Made by a program: the position numbers and the translations under genes | Part shown: positions 1 to 10,357 of the stretch, one piece after another | Layout: each line of letters opens with the position of its first letter | Position numbering within the stretch: position 1 is the stretch's first letter | Notes under the pieces: generated by a model | Seen by the model: the letters and a program-made list of their open reading frames with translations, nothing else | The model's database searches: none | Told to the model about the DNA's origin: nothing | From: a virus | UHGV virus genome: UHGV-0205279 | DNA: 45,942 nt | Direction: 5' to 3' (one strand)

Positions 1-2124
1 ATGCTAGAAACTTTAAAACAGACTACTGGAGATCAACTACATAAAATAGCCCATAATTTTGCTGATAAATGGGATTCAATTAAGCGTGATACAGCTAGAA
101 AATGGTCAGATATGAAGTCAAATGCTTCAAAGTGGGGAAGTAATATGCATTCCTGGTTTGATGGCTTTAATAGAAAATGGCAAAATGGCTGGTCTAATTT
201 AGGTAAAGGAATCCAAAATATTTTTTCCAATATGTGGAAGGCTATGCAGAAGCTAGGCAAAAATGCCATGAATGGTTTAATTGATATTGTTAACGGCGGT
301 ATTGGAGCTGTTAATGATGTCATTTACTTCTTCGGTGGTGGTCACTCTACTGTTAAAAAGTTATCTCATTTTGCAACTGGTACTGGATATTTTAGTTCTC
401 AAAGACGTGCGATTACTGAACCAACATTAGCAATGGTTAATGATGGTAACGATTCGCCAGAAACTGGCAATAAAGAAGCTCTTTACCGTCCGACAACTGG
501 AGAATTTGGTATTTTCCAAGGTCGAAATACTACTACAATGCTTATGCCTGGTGATGAAATTCTTAATGCAACTGATACTAAGAACTTAATGAATGCTATG
601 GGTATTGCTCGCTTTGCAAACGGTGGTATTAGTAGTTTCTTTGGCAATATTGGTAAGAACGTTGGCAACTTCTTTGGTGGTATTGGTTCATGGGCCAAGG
701 ACACTATGGAAGGCATGAAGAAGTTCTTTGAAAAGGCTAAAGAAATAATCTCGCACCCACAGAAAGCTTTAGATGGCATATTTAAATGGACTGGCGTTAA
801 GGGTTTATCTCGCGGTGCATTCCATACCATGATTACTAAAGGCTTTGACAAAGGTAAGAAACAAGTAAGCGAGTTCTGGAAGACGCTTTGGAATATGGTA
901 TCTAGTTCTCTTGATGGAGAAGCGGAAGGCGGTTTACTTGGAGCAGTTGAAAAATATGGTAAAGGCAAGCCTTATGTTTGGGGTGCTGAAGGTCCAGATG
1001 CATTTGACTGTTCGGGATTAGTTAAGTACGCCTTAGAGAAAGCCTTTGGTAAGAGTTTTCCTCACTATTCAGGAGATCAATATTCTGCTTCACGCGGAGT
1101 TAAAGACCCACAAATTGGAGACTTAGTATTCTTTGGACCAGGTGGACGAAACCACGTTGGTGTTTATGCTGGCAACGGTAAAGTGTGGTCAGCTATGAAT
1201 CCAAGCTCTGGTATTGGAATGGCTAATGTCTCAGACTTTCACGAGGGAGAAGTAAGCTATCGTCGTGTTCCAGGATTAAAGAACGAGGGCGGAGAAAGCA
1301 ACGTCAAAGCAAACTCTAATTTGGAAAAATTTATTAAAGGGCTACCTGGAATGGGTGGCTTTTTTAAGTTCATTAGTAAAATTGGAGATTTATTTGGTAT
1401 TGCAGCTGATGCAAAGGATCCTGCTGGTACAGGAGCTGATCGTTGGGGCGAAGACATTAAAAAGGCTGCTGAAACAATGCATACCTCAGTTACTCCAACA
1501 GAAATCCGAAAAATCATTTCTATGATTGCTGGCGAATCTAGAGGCAATCCTAGCGCTGTACAGCCAGGAGCTGATCCAGATGGTGACGGTTCTGGTCCAG
1601 CACGAGGATTATTGCAGTACAAAACTAGTACTTTTAATGCATATAAAGTTAAAGGACATGGCAATATTTACCATGGCTGGGATCAATTGCTTGCTTTATT
1701 TAATGATTCTAACTGGCGTAATGATATTCACTTTGGAGCAGGCTGGGGTCCAACAGGTCATGCAAGATATGCAAACGGCGGGCTTGCTAACCAGCCTTCT
1801 ATTTTTGGCGAAGCTGGCTTAGAAATGGCTATTCCACTATCAGCGGTTAAATCTAGTCGTTCTTATGAATTGCTTGGCAAGACTGCTGCGATTGTTGCCG
1901 CTAGAGATAATATTCAACCAACCTCTGCTAATGCTGGTGGTTTAGGCGAAAAATTAGATAAAGTAATTGATCTGCTTACTGCTATTCTTACTGCACCAGC
2001 AACGGTTGAAACTAGTATTAATGTAGATAAACAGTCTCTGGGGAATTCAATTACTGAGGTTGTAAATGCAAGAATGCGTTTGAATTCAATTAATAGAAAG
2101 AAGGGTATAAGTGTCATACGGTAG
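1..2124 (+). CDS. Tape measure protein, C-terminal part, with NlpC/P60 peptidase and lytic transglycosylase (SLT-like) domains
   Basis: W-periodic TMP repeats; GKPYVWGAEGPDAFDCSGLV...HVGVY (NlpC/P60); ESRGNP...GLLQ (SLT); GEAGLEMAIPL TMP motif. Continues from 42611-45942. Confidence 0.93.
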   Translation: MLETLKQTTGDQLHKIAHNFADKWDSIKRDTARKWSDMKSNASKWGSNMHSWFDGFNRKWQNGWSNLGKGIQNIFSNMWKAMQKLGKNAMNGLIDIVNGGIGAVNDVIYFFGGGHSTVKKLSHFATGTGYFSSQRRAITEPTLAMVNDGNDSPETGNKEALYRPTTGEFGIFQGRNTTTMLMPGDEILNATDTKNLMNAMGIARFANGGISSFFGNIGKNVGNFFGGIGSWAKDTMEGMKKFFEKAKEIISHPQKALDGIFKWTGVKGLSRGAFHTMITKGFDKGKKQVSEFWKTLWNMVSSSLDGEAEGGLLGAVEKYGKGKPYVWGAEGPDAFDCSGLVKYALEKAFGKSFPHYSGDQYSASRGVKDPQIGDLVFFGPGGRNHVGVYAGNGKVWSAMNPSSGIGMANVSDFHEGEVSYRRVPGLKNEGGESNVKANSNLEKFIKGLPGMGGFFKFISKIGDLFGIAADAKDPAGTGADRWGEDIKKAAETMHTSVTPTEIRKIISMIAGESRGNPSAVQPGADPDGDGSGPARGLLQYKTSTFNAYKVKGHGNIYHGWDQLLALFNDSNWRNDIHFGAGWGPTGHARYANGGLANQPSIFGEAGLEMAIPLSAVKSSRSYELLGKTAAIVAARDNIQPTSANAGGLGEKLDKVIDLLTAILTAPATVETSINVDKQSLGNSITEVVNARMRLNSINRKKGISVIR

Positions 2125-2854
2125 ATTAATTTATCACAATAAAAGCTCCACTTATTTTGGAGCGCGTGTAGTTTTTCCATTAGTGCAGGCCACAACCAAA
2201 AGAAACGTTTCTCTCACTCAAGTTGTGGGTGTAAATGGTTCTTACATTAATGATAATTTGAACTATACAGATATCACGCAACAAATAACTTTTATTGTCG
2301 AGCGTCCAATTTTCTATAAAGATTGGTTTACGTGGGGGATGGATTTTGGTGATTGGTTAACATGTAAAGATAAATTTGTTAAGTATGAGCCTTTTTATTT
2401 TGATCATTTTAGAGGTTGGCATTGGGAAGCTTATGTAAGCGAAAGTCCTACTGTAACACCACAAAGTAGCAATATTGCTAACGTAACAATGAGCTTAGCC
2501 TGCAAGCCGTTTCTAATTGATGATGAATCAATTAAATACCAGCCAGTCTCCACCTTACCTATCTATAATCCAACGCAATATAATTCCTTGCCTTTATTTC
2601 ATATTGTTGGCAATGGCGATTTTACGATGACTGTTAATGGTTTAGATTATCAGTTTAAAGATACTGATGACGAACTGTTTATAGATAGTGAAAAATGTTT
2701 GGTTTATAAGTCACTGACAGAAAGACGGACAAGCAGGGCAATTCTGCCTAATCATGAATATCCACAATTGATACCAGGTAAAAATACTATTTCTTTGAGT
2801 GGTAATTATTCTAAGTTTGAATACCAACCAAGATGGAGGCGAGCAATTGTATGA
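2111..2854 (+). CDS. Distal tail protein (Dit)
   Basis: Directly after TMP, 247 aa, with a typical C-terminus (YPQLIPGKNTI...PRWR). Confidence 0.85.
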   Translation: MSYGRLIYHNKSSTYFGARVVFPLVQATTKRNVSLTQVVGVNGSYINDNLNYTDITQQITFIVERPIFYKDWFTWGMDFGDWLTCKDKFVKYEPFYFDHFRGWHWEAYVSESPTVTPQSSNIANVTMSLACKPFLIDDESIKYQPVSTLPIYNPTQYNSLPLFHIVGNGDFTMTVNGLDYQFKDTDDELFIDSEKCLVYKSLTERRTSRAILPNHEYPQLIPGKNTISLSGNYSKFEYQPRWRRAIV

Positions 2855-5649
2855 TTCCTAGATTATATGAGACATATATTTCAGATTTTAATACTGAGGG
2901 TCTAGGTTCATTTCGAGATTTGCTCTCTGTATCAATTACTCGAAATAGGAATGAGATTCCCACTCTAGCAATGACATATCCAATTAATGGTCCATTAAGT
3001 CAAGAATTAACCGAGGGAATGGTTATTGTTGCTGACATGGGACCAGCAGATGATGAAAAAAATCAGCAATTCAGAATCGTAGATGTGCAGAAAAGCATGA
3101 CTGCAATTACACTTACCGCTAATCATGTCTGGGCTGATTTATCAAATATTCCTCTCAAAAAGAATATCAGTGAAGCACATGCTCGATCCAATAGAGCATT
3201 TGATTTGATTAGCGATGCTTTGGCGTGGCCTGTTTCAGGACTAGGGTTTGCCAGCGATATTCCAACAGTTGCGAATCTAGGCTGGAATTTTAAAGAGCTA
3301 GCTAATGCAAATGCTGCTATTTTTGGAGCTGACCAAGCTGGGGATCAAACCACTAACACAATGGAAGCTTTATACAATGGAGAATTTAGATTCAATAATT
3401 ATTACCTAACTATGCTGAAACATGCTGGTCAAGATAATGGGGTAGTGATTAAATACGGGCGAAATATGCAGTCCATTACTAGGGATGAGACCACTAGTGG
3501 AACATATAATGCGATTATGCCGTATGTAACCTATTCTCCCGAAGAACAACCACAGCCAGACGGAGAACCATTTGATGGAAAAGCCACAGTTCAATATTTG
3601 GCTAACGGTACAATTAACCTTTTTAGTACCCCATATAAAGGACACACCCCTGTAAACAGTATCAGGAATGGCGAATACTTAAAGTTTGTTGCGAAGACTG
3701 ATAAGCAAACGCTCAATAATGATATCTGGTATAAGACTGATACAGGTGGTTGGGTTGAAGCCAGTTTGATTACATTTGACAAGTCAGGTAACTATGTAGT
3801 TAATAAGATCACTGCTCAGGGAACTCTTGAAGTGGGTGATGATATTCAAGGCATAATTGTTAAGAATGACGGTGTTGGTACGGTTTCATACGCAGGCCCT
3901 GGTCAAGTGCCACTTTATACTTCACCTTTTGGAGGTCATAAGAGCGGACAATACTTGAATAATGGCTCTAGCTATAAGATTTATTGGAAGGCTAAAGATA
4001 TCGATGGAACTGTTTGGTACAATTTAGGCAATCGAGATACGCAATGGATTTCATCTCAATATTTTGTCTTATCAAAGACTGGGGACTATGCAACGCAAAA
4101 AGCCTATGGCCGTTTAAGCATTAATGGTAATGTAACAGTGATGTCGGGTCCTGGTGGGACAGGAAACGTAATTAGCTGGAATAATAAAGGTCAATATCCG
4201 ATTTATGATATTTCAACTGACTCTGAAGGCACTAAGTGGTATCACATTGGTCAGCAGAATGGCCATCAGCTTTGGGTTAAATCTGGCGATAATGTTAGCT
4301 TTAAAGAACCTGGAACAGTTGAATATAAAGAAGATGATGCAGAAAAAGCTAATATTCAGCAAACTGCACAAGTTCCTGTATATAGTGATCCAAGTGGTAT
4401 AAGTCCAACCGGAAAATACTATAGCTTAGGTAGTTTACTAAGAATTACAGCGCAGTCAACTAGTCAAGGTAAAACCTTTTATGAAGTTGGAACTAATCAA
4501 TGGATTAATTCAGATTTCTTCAGTTTCGCTCATGCCACAGATGTAGCACCAGGTGAAGATGATTCGGATGCTGAGCCTGAGGTATCAGAACAAACTTTAG
4601 AATTAGACGAAACAGTGCTAGTTTCTGAATATGCACGGATAACTAACGCACCTTTGAGAGTGCAAGCAGTAGATTTATCTTCTTATGGAATTGGTAATGA
4701 TAAGAACAAGTTGCTAGCGGTTGCTAAAGCTTATATGAAAGAATACAGGATCGGTTACCCAAATATTTCGCTTACTGTTTCATATGAGCAAATGCAAGGC
4801 GAGTATCAAAAATTAACTCAAGTTGACTTATATGATTATGTGAGTGTGTTATTCGATGAGGTAGGAATTTTTGAAAAAGCTCAATGCACTTCCATAACTT
4901 GGGATCCTGTTAGAGAAATTGCTACCAGCATTACAATAGGTCAGTTGCCTATTAGTTATGACCATGCTTTAAATAATTTTGTAACTAATATGGTTGCAAA
5001 AAATACAACTATGGCTACTAAACGCGCAACTCACTTGTTTGGGGAATTAAAGCAAGTTATGGAAGAAAATGATCAAGATCAAAAGGCTGGATTGCTTAAA
5101 TTAACTAGGCAGCTTGGTATTGACGATCAAGCTTGGAGAGATAGCTATGACCGATTACAAAGTATGATTACTTCCATAAATACGACTGTACAAGACGTAC
5201 ACAACTGGATTGCCAGTGGTGGCGGGGGAGAAATTACCGCTTATCCTAACTGGCAAAAGCCAACTGAATTAAGAGCTTTAAGTAATGGTGGCGGATATCT
5301 CCGTTTTAATGCTGAAGGCTTAGAATACGTTGGACGCGATGGGGTTGCTAGAAGTGCCATAGACAGTCAAGGCCGGCTAATTGCTGAAAGAATTACTGGT
5401 GGTACGATCACAGGAGTTAAACTTGAAGGTATTACTGTTGATGGTGATTCTTACATACGTTCAATTGGTGGCGATGGAAAAGTTGCAGTTATGTCGGGCG
5501 ACCATGGCTTTTCTTGCACAGCACCTGGCAAAGAAAAAGTTGCTCTTGATTGGGATCAAAATTGGGGAGTGCTCAGGATTGGAAATCAATACTTATATGC
5601 TTCTGACATTGCTTGGATACGTCAACAGCGTGGCGGCCGAATTCATTAG
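2851..5649 (+). CDS. Tal / tail spike protein with inserted SH3b/SLAP-like cell-wall-binding repeats
   Basis: MIPRLYE...GLG N-terminus of the prophage endopeptidase tail family; IKYGRNM motif; repeated WY..G..QW(I/V) modules. Start placed at ATG 2851 behind GGAGG. Confidence 0.85.
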   Translation: MIPRLYETYISDFNTEGLGSFRDLLSVSITRNRNEIPTLAMTYPINGPLSQELTEGMVIVADMGPADDEKNQQFRIVDVQKSMTAITLTANHVWADLSNIPLKKNISEAHARSNRAFDLISDALAWPVSGLGFASDIPTVANLGWNFKELANANAAIFGADQAGDQTTNTMEALYNGEFRFNNYYLTMLKHAGQDNGVVIKYGRNMQSITRDETTSGTYNAIMPYVTYSPEEQPQPDGEPFDGKATVQYLANGTINLFSTPYKGHTPVNSIRNGEYLKFVAKTDKQTLNNDIWYKTDTGGWVEASLITFDKSGNYVVNKITAQGTLEVGDDIQGIIVKNDGVGTVSYAGPGQVPLYTSPFGGHKSGQYLNNGSSYKIYWKAKDIDGTVWYNLGNRDTQWISSQYFVLSKTGDYATQKAYGRLSINGNVTVMSGPGGTGNVISWNNKGQYPIYDISTDSEGTKWYHIGQQNGHQLWVKSGDNVSFKEPGTVEYKEDDAEKANIQQTAQVPVYSDPSGISPTGKYYSLGSLLRITAQSTSQGKTFYEVGTNQWINSDFFSFAHATDVAPGEDDSDAEPEVSEQTLELDETVLVSEYARITNAPLRVQAVDLSSYGIGNDKNKLLAVAKAYMKEYRIGYPNISLTVSYEQMQGEYQKLTQVDLYDYVSVLFDEVGIFEKAQCTSITWDPVREIATSITIGQLPISYDHALNNFVTNMVAKNTTMATKRATHLFGELKQVMEENDQDQKAGLLKLTRQLGIDDQAWRDSYDRLQSMITSINTTVQDVHNWIASGGGGEITAYPNWQKPTELRALSNGGGYLRFNAEGLEYVGRDGVARSAIDSQGRLIAERITGGTITGVKLEGITVDGDSYIRSIGGDGKVAVMSGDHGFSCTAPGKEKVALDWDQNWGVLRIGNQYLYASDIAWIRQQRGGRIH

Positions 5650-5664
5650 ATTGAGGTGAAATAA

Positions 5665-5874
5665 TTGAATAATGATGCTGTTTTAGCAAAAGCTCTAAAC
5701 GAAATTGCACGTTTAGAGCTTTTAAATTTTAGGAAAGACGTTGTAATCGAACAATTACAAAACGAGATTAGAATGAGAGATCAATTGAAAGGAGGCGAAA
5801 AGAATGCTCCAAGCAGTGACACTAAGCACGAACAAACAAACGACCAATCTAAGTCGAGTGGAGGTAAGAGATAG
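5665..5874 (+). CDS. Small coiled-coil tail-module protein
   Basis: GAGGTG RBS before TTG; lies between Tal and BppU. Confidence 0.6.
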   Translation: MNNDAVLAKALNEIARLELLNFRKDVVIEQLQNEIRMRDQLKGGEKNAPSSDTKHEQTNDQSKSSGGKR

Positions 5875-8671
5875 TGATAAAGGTGAAATACTAGAATCGT
5901 TTATTCTCAATCCTGATGGAACGCCATACGATTTAACAAATAAATCTCTCGTCTTTAATGAAAATAAAGATGGCAATAAGTTTGTTTCAGATGATAACGT
6001 TGAAATCGTGGATGAAAGAATAGGGCATATTACTTATCAGTTACACGATCAAGTTCATTCTGCAAGAGGTACGGCTTGGTTTGACATTATTGATAAATCT
6101 AATGGGTCGAAGATTGATTCAACTACTGACTTCTATATTGAAGTTAGAGACAGCTTAAAGTGTACGGTTTACAACACAACGTATATTTCAGATCTGGAAA
6201 AATTAAAGCAACAGATGGAAACCTTGCTTAAACAAGCTGATGGTGAACTTCAGGCTGAATTGCAAAAAGCGGAACAGCAACTTGATCAAGAGTTGCAGAA
6301 CTTCCGTAATCAATACAATTCTTTAAGTGCTGATTTTCAAAATCAATTTAATGCTGCACAAAATGCTCGTCAGCAAGACTACACAAATCAAAAGAATGCT
6401 ATTAACCAGGACTGGACTAATAATAAAAATCAGATCTGGGGTCAATGGAATACTGATAAATCTAGTATTGACAAGCAAGCTAAAGATACCATTCAAGCAA
6501 TTAAAGACAATGCTAAGCAAGTGCTAGATAAAGACCAAGCAGACTGGAATGCAAAACAGCATTCTTGGGATGACACATTTAGCCGAATTGTTAAAGAGTG
6601 GCAAGTTAAGACTAACAGTTTAAATAGCACCGTTCAGGATTTAACAACTAAATTTGGCAATATTATCAATGAAGTGACTGACTTGATGAATAACAAATTG
6701 CCAGATATGAATGCTAAAACTGACGCTGTTCAAAAGAAGGTTGACCAATTAAGAACAAGTCTTGGTCAGATTGATTGGACTACTTTTTCCAGAAGAACAG
6801 ACAACAGTGGTGGTGTAAACTTGCTTCCTAATACAGCTACTTTGAAGGATTTTAGTACAGGACATTATGGCGACAGTGATGCGCACAATGGAATATCTAT
6901 AGATCCTAAAAGTCAGTGGTCCTCTGACACAAATATAAATTTAGTTAAAACAAAAATAGCTTATGTATGGGGCGATAAAGCTAAAAATGCTCCACTTGTT
7001 ATTCCGGGTGGCGTGTATTTACCGGCAGGGACATACACATTAAGTTTTCTAGCTCGAACAAATGGTATAGATGATTCCCCAATATTCCATTTTGGATTAT
7101 ATAGTGATTGGACTAATAATCATGGTGGAGCTCCGCTTGCTACATCTGACGCTGTAAACAATAAATGGGGAAGACATCAGATAACTTTTAGCATTCCAGA
7201 AAGCTACTATCATACTACATTGCGGATACAGCAGAATGATGATGCCGCTATTCCGGGAGGTTCTATTTATTTTGCTAATTTAAAGCTTGAATCAGGCTCA
7301 ATCGCTACTGATTGGTGCCCAAGCTATCTTGACTTTGATAGGCTAGATGGTCGTCATGATATGGTAGATTCTCCTGATTTCAATACTTTAACAAGTACAG
7401 GAATATACTTTATTACACAGCCCGATCATGGCCGTAATTATCCTGTTGCAAATGGGGGTATCTTAAAAGTCGATAATGCTCATGATTCACGTATTGAACA
7501 GACCTATTATGAAGATACAAATGACGCACGAATCTGGCATCGTCAATACGTGGAGAGTACATGGAAGCCGTGGAAACAAATACCGAATAGCGATGAAGTA
7601 TTGCCTGTATCTGGCGGTAGTATGCAGAAGGGAAGCTGGATTAATTGGGATGCACAAAGTCCTTATAATGCTCATGAGGGCAATATTGGTGGAATTCAAT
7701 GGAATGGCGCTTCTGATAGTATTAAAATTTTTGGAGATAACAACGCCAGCGACAATCTAGATCTAGCTATTCAATTAGGTGATGATGATTCTAATCACAT
7801 TTCTTTTAGAAGAGCAGATGGCGACGAAGTAGCTGCAATTAATATGGATGGATACTATACGGGATCAGTAGGTTGGAATAATATTAGAAGTAAGCCTGAT
7901 GTAGCGCAAAAAAGCGATCTAAATGTGAATGTTATTAGAGACTATAATATTGAAACCGATCAGCCAGGTCCTACGACAGTAGAACAGGCTGGAAAGCCTG
8001 TGCTAGTAGATCAAGCAACATTAGCTACTTTTGCCAGAGCTTATCGAGATGTTCGAAACCATACCGATTATCGCTATCCAACAGATCAAGCATTGAATAC
8101 AGCTATCAATTTAAATAGTGATCCTTATCTGGATACAGGAATTTATAAGATCGGTAATTGTGCCACTATCAATGGACCATGGCCTGATACTACAAGACGA
8201 TGGTACTATTTAACTGTGATTAAATATGATGACAACACCATTTATCAGACTGTTGACCAGGGACCTGAACGTTTTGTAAGAACTGTTTCTAAAACTACTA
8301 ATTCATATCCGCAATGGAATCAATTCGCTATGATGAATAGAGTTACGGATCTATCTGATAGATTGCAAGGCTTTACCATGCAACAAACTATGTTTCAACA
8401 CCGCGTTGACTATGATAGCCCATCAGGGACTATCAGTAATCAAACCGTAGACTTCAATGATTATAAAGAAACAGGGATTGTAAAGTTCGTTAATTGTTTT
8501 ATTCAAAATGGGCCATACAAAACAGACAATCGTCACACAATATTTTTGAAGGTCACTAATTTAGATGGTCAAACTCAATATCAAACTGTATATGAGGGAG
8601 ATGACCTTTATGGCCGTAAATTATTTAATGGGTCGGGTCAATGGCATAGTTACACGAATACGACTATTTAA
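5804..8671 (+). CDS. BppU-like baseplate/receptor-binding fibre protein (BppU N-domain, coiled coil, CBM-like domain, three knob-like repeats)
   Basis: DGTPYDLT BppU motif; helical stalk; GVNLLPNT...KLESGSIATDWCP carbohydrate-binding-module signature; repeated DFN...TG(I)Y...QT modules. Confidence 0.85.
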   Translation: MLQAVTLSTNKQTTNLSRVEVRDSDKGEILESFILNPDGTPYDLTNKSLVFNENKDGNKFVSDDNVEIVDERIGHITYQLHDQVHSARGTAWFDIIDKSNGSKIDSTTDFYIEVRDSLKCTVYNTTYISDLEKLKQQMETLLKQADGELQAELQKAEQQLDQELQNFRNQYNSLSADFQNQFNAAQNARQQDYTNQKNAINQDWTNNKNQIWGQWNTDKSSIDKQAKDTIQAIKDNAKQVLDKDQADWNAKQHSWDDTFSRIVKEWQVKTNSLNSTVQDLTTKFGNIINEVTDLMNNKLPDMNAKTDAVQKKVDQLRTSLGQIDWTTFSRRTDNSGGVNLLPNTATLKDFSTGHYGDSDAHNGISIDPKSQWSSDTNINLVKTKIAYVWGDKAKNAPLVIPGGVYLPAGTYTLSFLARTNGIDDSPIFHFGLYSDWTNNHGGAPLATSDAVNNKWGRHQITFSIPESYYHTTLRIQQNDDAAIPGGSIYFANLKLESGSIATDWCPSYLDFDRLDGRHDMVDSPDFNTLTSTGIYFITQPDHGRNYPVANGGILKVDNAHDSRIEQTYYEDTNDARIWHRQYVESTWKPWKQIPNSDEVLPVSGGSMQKGSWINWDAQSPYNAHEGNIGGIQWNGASDSIKIFGDNNASDNLDLAIQLGDDDSNHISFRRADGDEVAAINMDGYYTGSVGWNNIRSKPDVAQKSDLNVNVIRDYNIETDQPGPTTVEQAGKPVLVDQATLATFARAYRDVRNHTDYRYPTDQALNTAINLNSDPYLDTGIYKIGNCATINGPWPDTTRRWYYLTVIKYDDNTIYQTVDQGPERFVRTVSKTTNSYPQWNQFAMMNRVTDLSDRLQGFTMQQTMFQHRVDYDSPSGTISNQTVDFNDYKETGIVKFVNCFIQNGPYKTDNRHTIFLKVTNLDGQTQYQTVYEGDDLYGRKLFNGSGQWHSYTNTTI

Positions 8672-8685
8672 ATTTAATATTTTTA

Positions 8686-8715
8686 ATCCTTAACCAAACA
8701 GTTAGGGATTTTTTT
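8686..8715 (+). terminator. Intrinsic terminator after the fibre gene
   Basis: AATCCTTAAC-CAAACA-GTTAGGGATT followed by a T-run. Confidence 0.7.
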
Positions 8716-8730
8716 ATGGAGGAATTTAAA

Positions 8731-9195
8731 ATGACAGAAGAAATTAGTCAAAATGTAGAACAAGCAAAAACAGCTGGTACAGCTACAACTATGAAGACTT
8801 ATTATTGGTCAAACGATGATGTGCCTTTTAGGGTAATTACATCAACTGATGAAATTACAGCTAATCAATATCCTTTAGTAGTAACTCCACCTGATCCAAA
8901 CTTGAAGTCTCCAAAATATGATTGGATGAAAGGTAAATGGCACGACATCAGCGAAGAATCTTACGGGCAACGTTTGACAGCAGTTACCGAAAGCTTGAAG
9001 ACCCTTGAAGGAAGTATTACTAGCTTGCAAGAAGCCCACAAGGACACTCTGCAAAGTGCGGAAGCCAGCGATAAGGTTATGGATCAACTTCGAGCCACCG
9101 TTCAACAAACTAACAGACTGGTGGCTAATTTAAGTGCAATGATGGTTGCATTGAGTAAAAAGTCTCAATCCAGCAATACTGAAGTATCAAAATAG
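8731..9195 (+). CDS. Hypothetical protein, probable tail-fibre chaperone
   Basis: RBS GGAGG before ATG 8731; PPDPNLKSPKYDW..GKW motif plus C-terminal coiled coil; follows the fibre gene. Confidence 0.65.
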   Translation: MTEEISQNVEQAKTAGTATTMKTYYWSNDDVPFRVITSTDEITANQYPLVVTPPDPNLKSPKYDWMKGKWHDISEESYGQRLTAVTESLKTLEGSITSLQEAHKDTLQSAEASDKVMDQLRATVQQTNRLVANLSAMMVALSKKSQSSNTEVSK

Positions 9196-9208
9196 GAGGG
9201 AATTTTAA

Positions 9209-9412
9209 ATGGATTTACAAGCAATGATCGCAGAAGTTCAAAGAGAACTAATTGAATCATGGAAGAACCAATATAATTGGGGCTGGTTTGGCGAAAAGAA
9301 AGAAGCCAACTTAACTTTTCAAAGCTATGTTCAACAAGGTATTCTTAGCAAAGAAGGATATAAAGAAATCACAGGTGAAGATTATAATGAAACATCTCTT
9401 AACAAATCTTAA
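9209..9412 (+). CDS. XkdX-like small protein
   Basis: YVQQGILSKEGYKEITGEDY motif. Confidence 0.8.
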   Translation: MDLQAMIAEVQRELIESWKNQYNWGWFGEKKEANLTFQSYVQQGILSKEGYKEITGEDYNETSLNKS

Positions 9413-9509
9413 TAGTAATTTTCAAATTTTAGCAATTGGAAGTATTCTTACAAGTTCAACAACTTCAGTTTCTGCAATTGCTTTATACATTAAGAACGAA
9501 TTAGCTTAA
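9387..9509 (+). CDS. Possible 40-aa small protein (MKHLLTNLNSNFQILAIG...)
   Basis: AGGTG RBS before ATG 9387; fills the gap; may be a remnant. Confidence 0.35.
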   Translation: MKHLLTNLNSNFQILAIGSILTSSTTSVSAIALYIKNELA

Positions 9510-9561
9510 ATAAATCTTAGTCGCCTAAGAAATAAACAGTACGCAAGGGCGGCTATTAAAG

Positions 9562-9972
9562 GTGATAAAAATGCTAAAGAATTATCAAAAAATCAGATCC
9601 GATCCACTTAAGTTAGTTTTGACAATTTTACAAGCTTTGATTTCGCTTTGGGTTACTGGAATTGGGCTATTTCTATATAGCGATCAGCATTACTTCTTTT
9701 GGCCACCAGACTGGTCAAATGTTGAGAACGACATTCGAATTGACACTTTTATAGTACTAGTTGGACTAGTGCTTTTTTTATGCACAATTTTTGGCGTAAA
9801 GAACCGCAAGATTATAGCAACTTTATTAGTTTGTTCTGGCGCTATAAGCCTATCAATGGCTACCTTGTCACTGCTTCATGTAATCATGTCTAATTATTGG
9901 ATTATGGGACTTAACGTGATTGGAGAACTAATCCTATTTAGCTTAGTTCTATTAGTAGCTCATTACTTATAG
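9562..9972 (+). CDS. Four-TM membrane protein in the lysis cassette (holin-like)
   Basis: Four hydrophobic segments; upstream of holin/lysin. Confidence 0.7.
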   Translation: MIKMLKNYQKIRSDPLKLVLTILQALISLWVTGIGLFLYSDQHYFFWPPDWSNVENDIRIDTFIVLVGLVLFLCTIFGVKNRKIIATLLVCSGAISLSMATLSLLHVIMSNYWIMGLNVIGELILFSLVLLVAHYL

Positions 9973-9984
9973 GAGGTGGGGCGC

Positions 9985-10170
9985 TTGCAAGACTTAAGCA
10001 ACCTGTTACTAGCGATTGCTGCATTAATTGGGGCGATCACTACTTTTTATCAGGCTATAGCAAAAATCAAGCACAACGCTCCACCGAGTGAAGCAGATAT
10101 GAGTGTTGAAGATGTTAAGAAAGAAATTAAAAAGTTACAGAAGAAACTTAAGGAGGACAAACATGATTAA
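9985..10170 (+). CDS. Single-TM plus coiled-coil protein (holin-associated)
   Basis: GGAGG then TTG 9985; N-terminal TM and basic coiled-coil tail. Confidence 0.6.
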   Translation: MQDLSNLLLAIAALIGAITTFYQAIAKIKHNAPPSEADMSVEDVKKEIKKLQKKLKEDKHD

Positions 10171-10357
10171 GAATTTAGAAAAAGAGCTAAAGAAATTAAA
10201 CGTTAAGCGTAGCAAGCTATCTAAGTTTTTAGCCAAGCAAAATAAAAAGACCTTATCAGCTAACCAACTTCAACTCTTAAAAGAGCAAAAGCAGGCGATG
10301 GGTAAGTATGCAAAGGCTCTAAAGTTACGCATTAAGGATTTAAAGGAGACTAAATAA
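10163..10357 (+). CDS. Helical-hairpin protein resembling the crAss001_48-related family
   Basis: AGGAGG before ATG 10163; KL..FL...L...Q..LL..Q..AM..Y...L..RI pattern. Confidence 0.6.
   Translation: MIKNLEKELKKLNVKRSKLSKFLAKQNKKTLSANQLQLLKEQKQAMGKYAKALKLRIKDLKETK

Noticed and set aside
33..2195. Minus-strand and alternate-frame ORFs inside TMP (also inside Tal, BppU, primase, terL, portal and MCP)
   Set aside because: Fully nested in well-supported genes, with no RBS or motifs; shadow frames.
5804..8671. Diversity-generating retroelement or invertible tail-fibre cassette
   Set aside because: No reverse transcriptase, invertase or near-identical TR/VR pair was seen.
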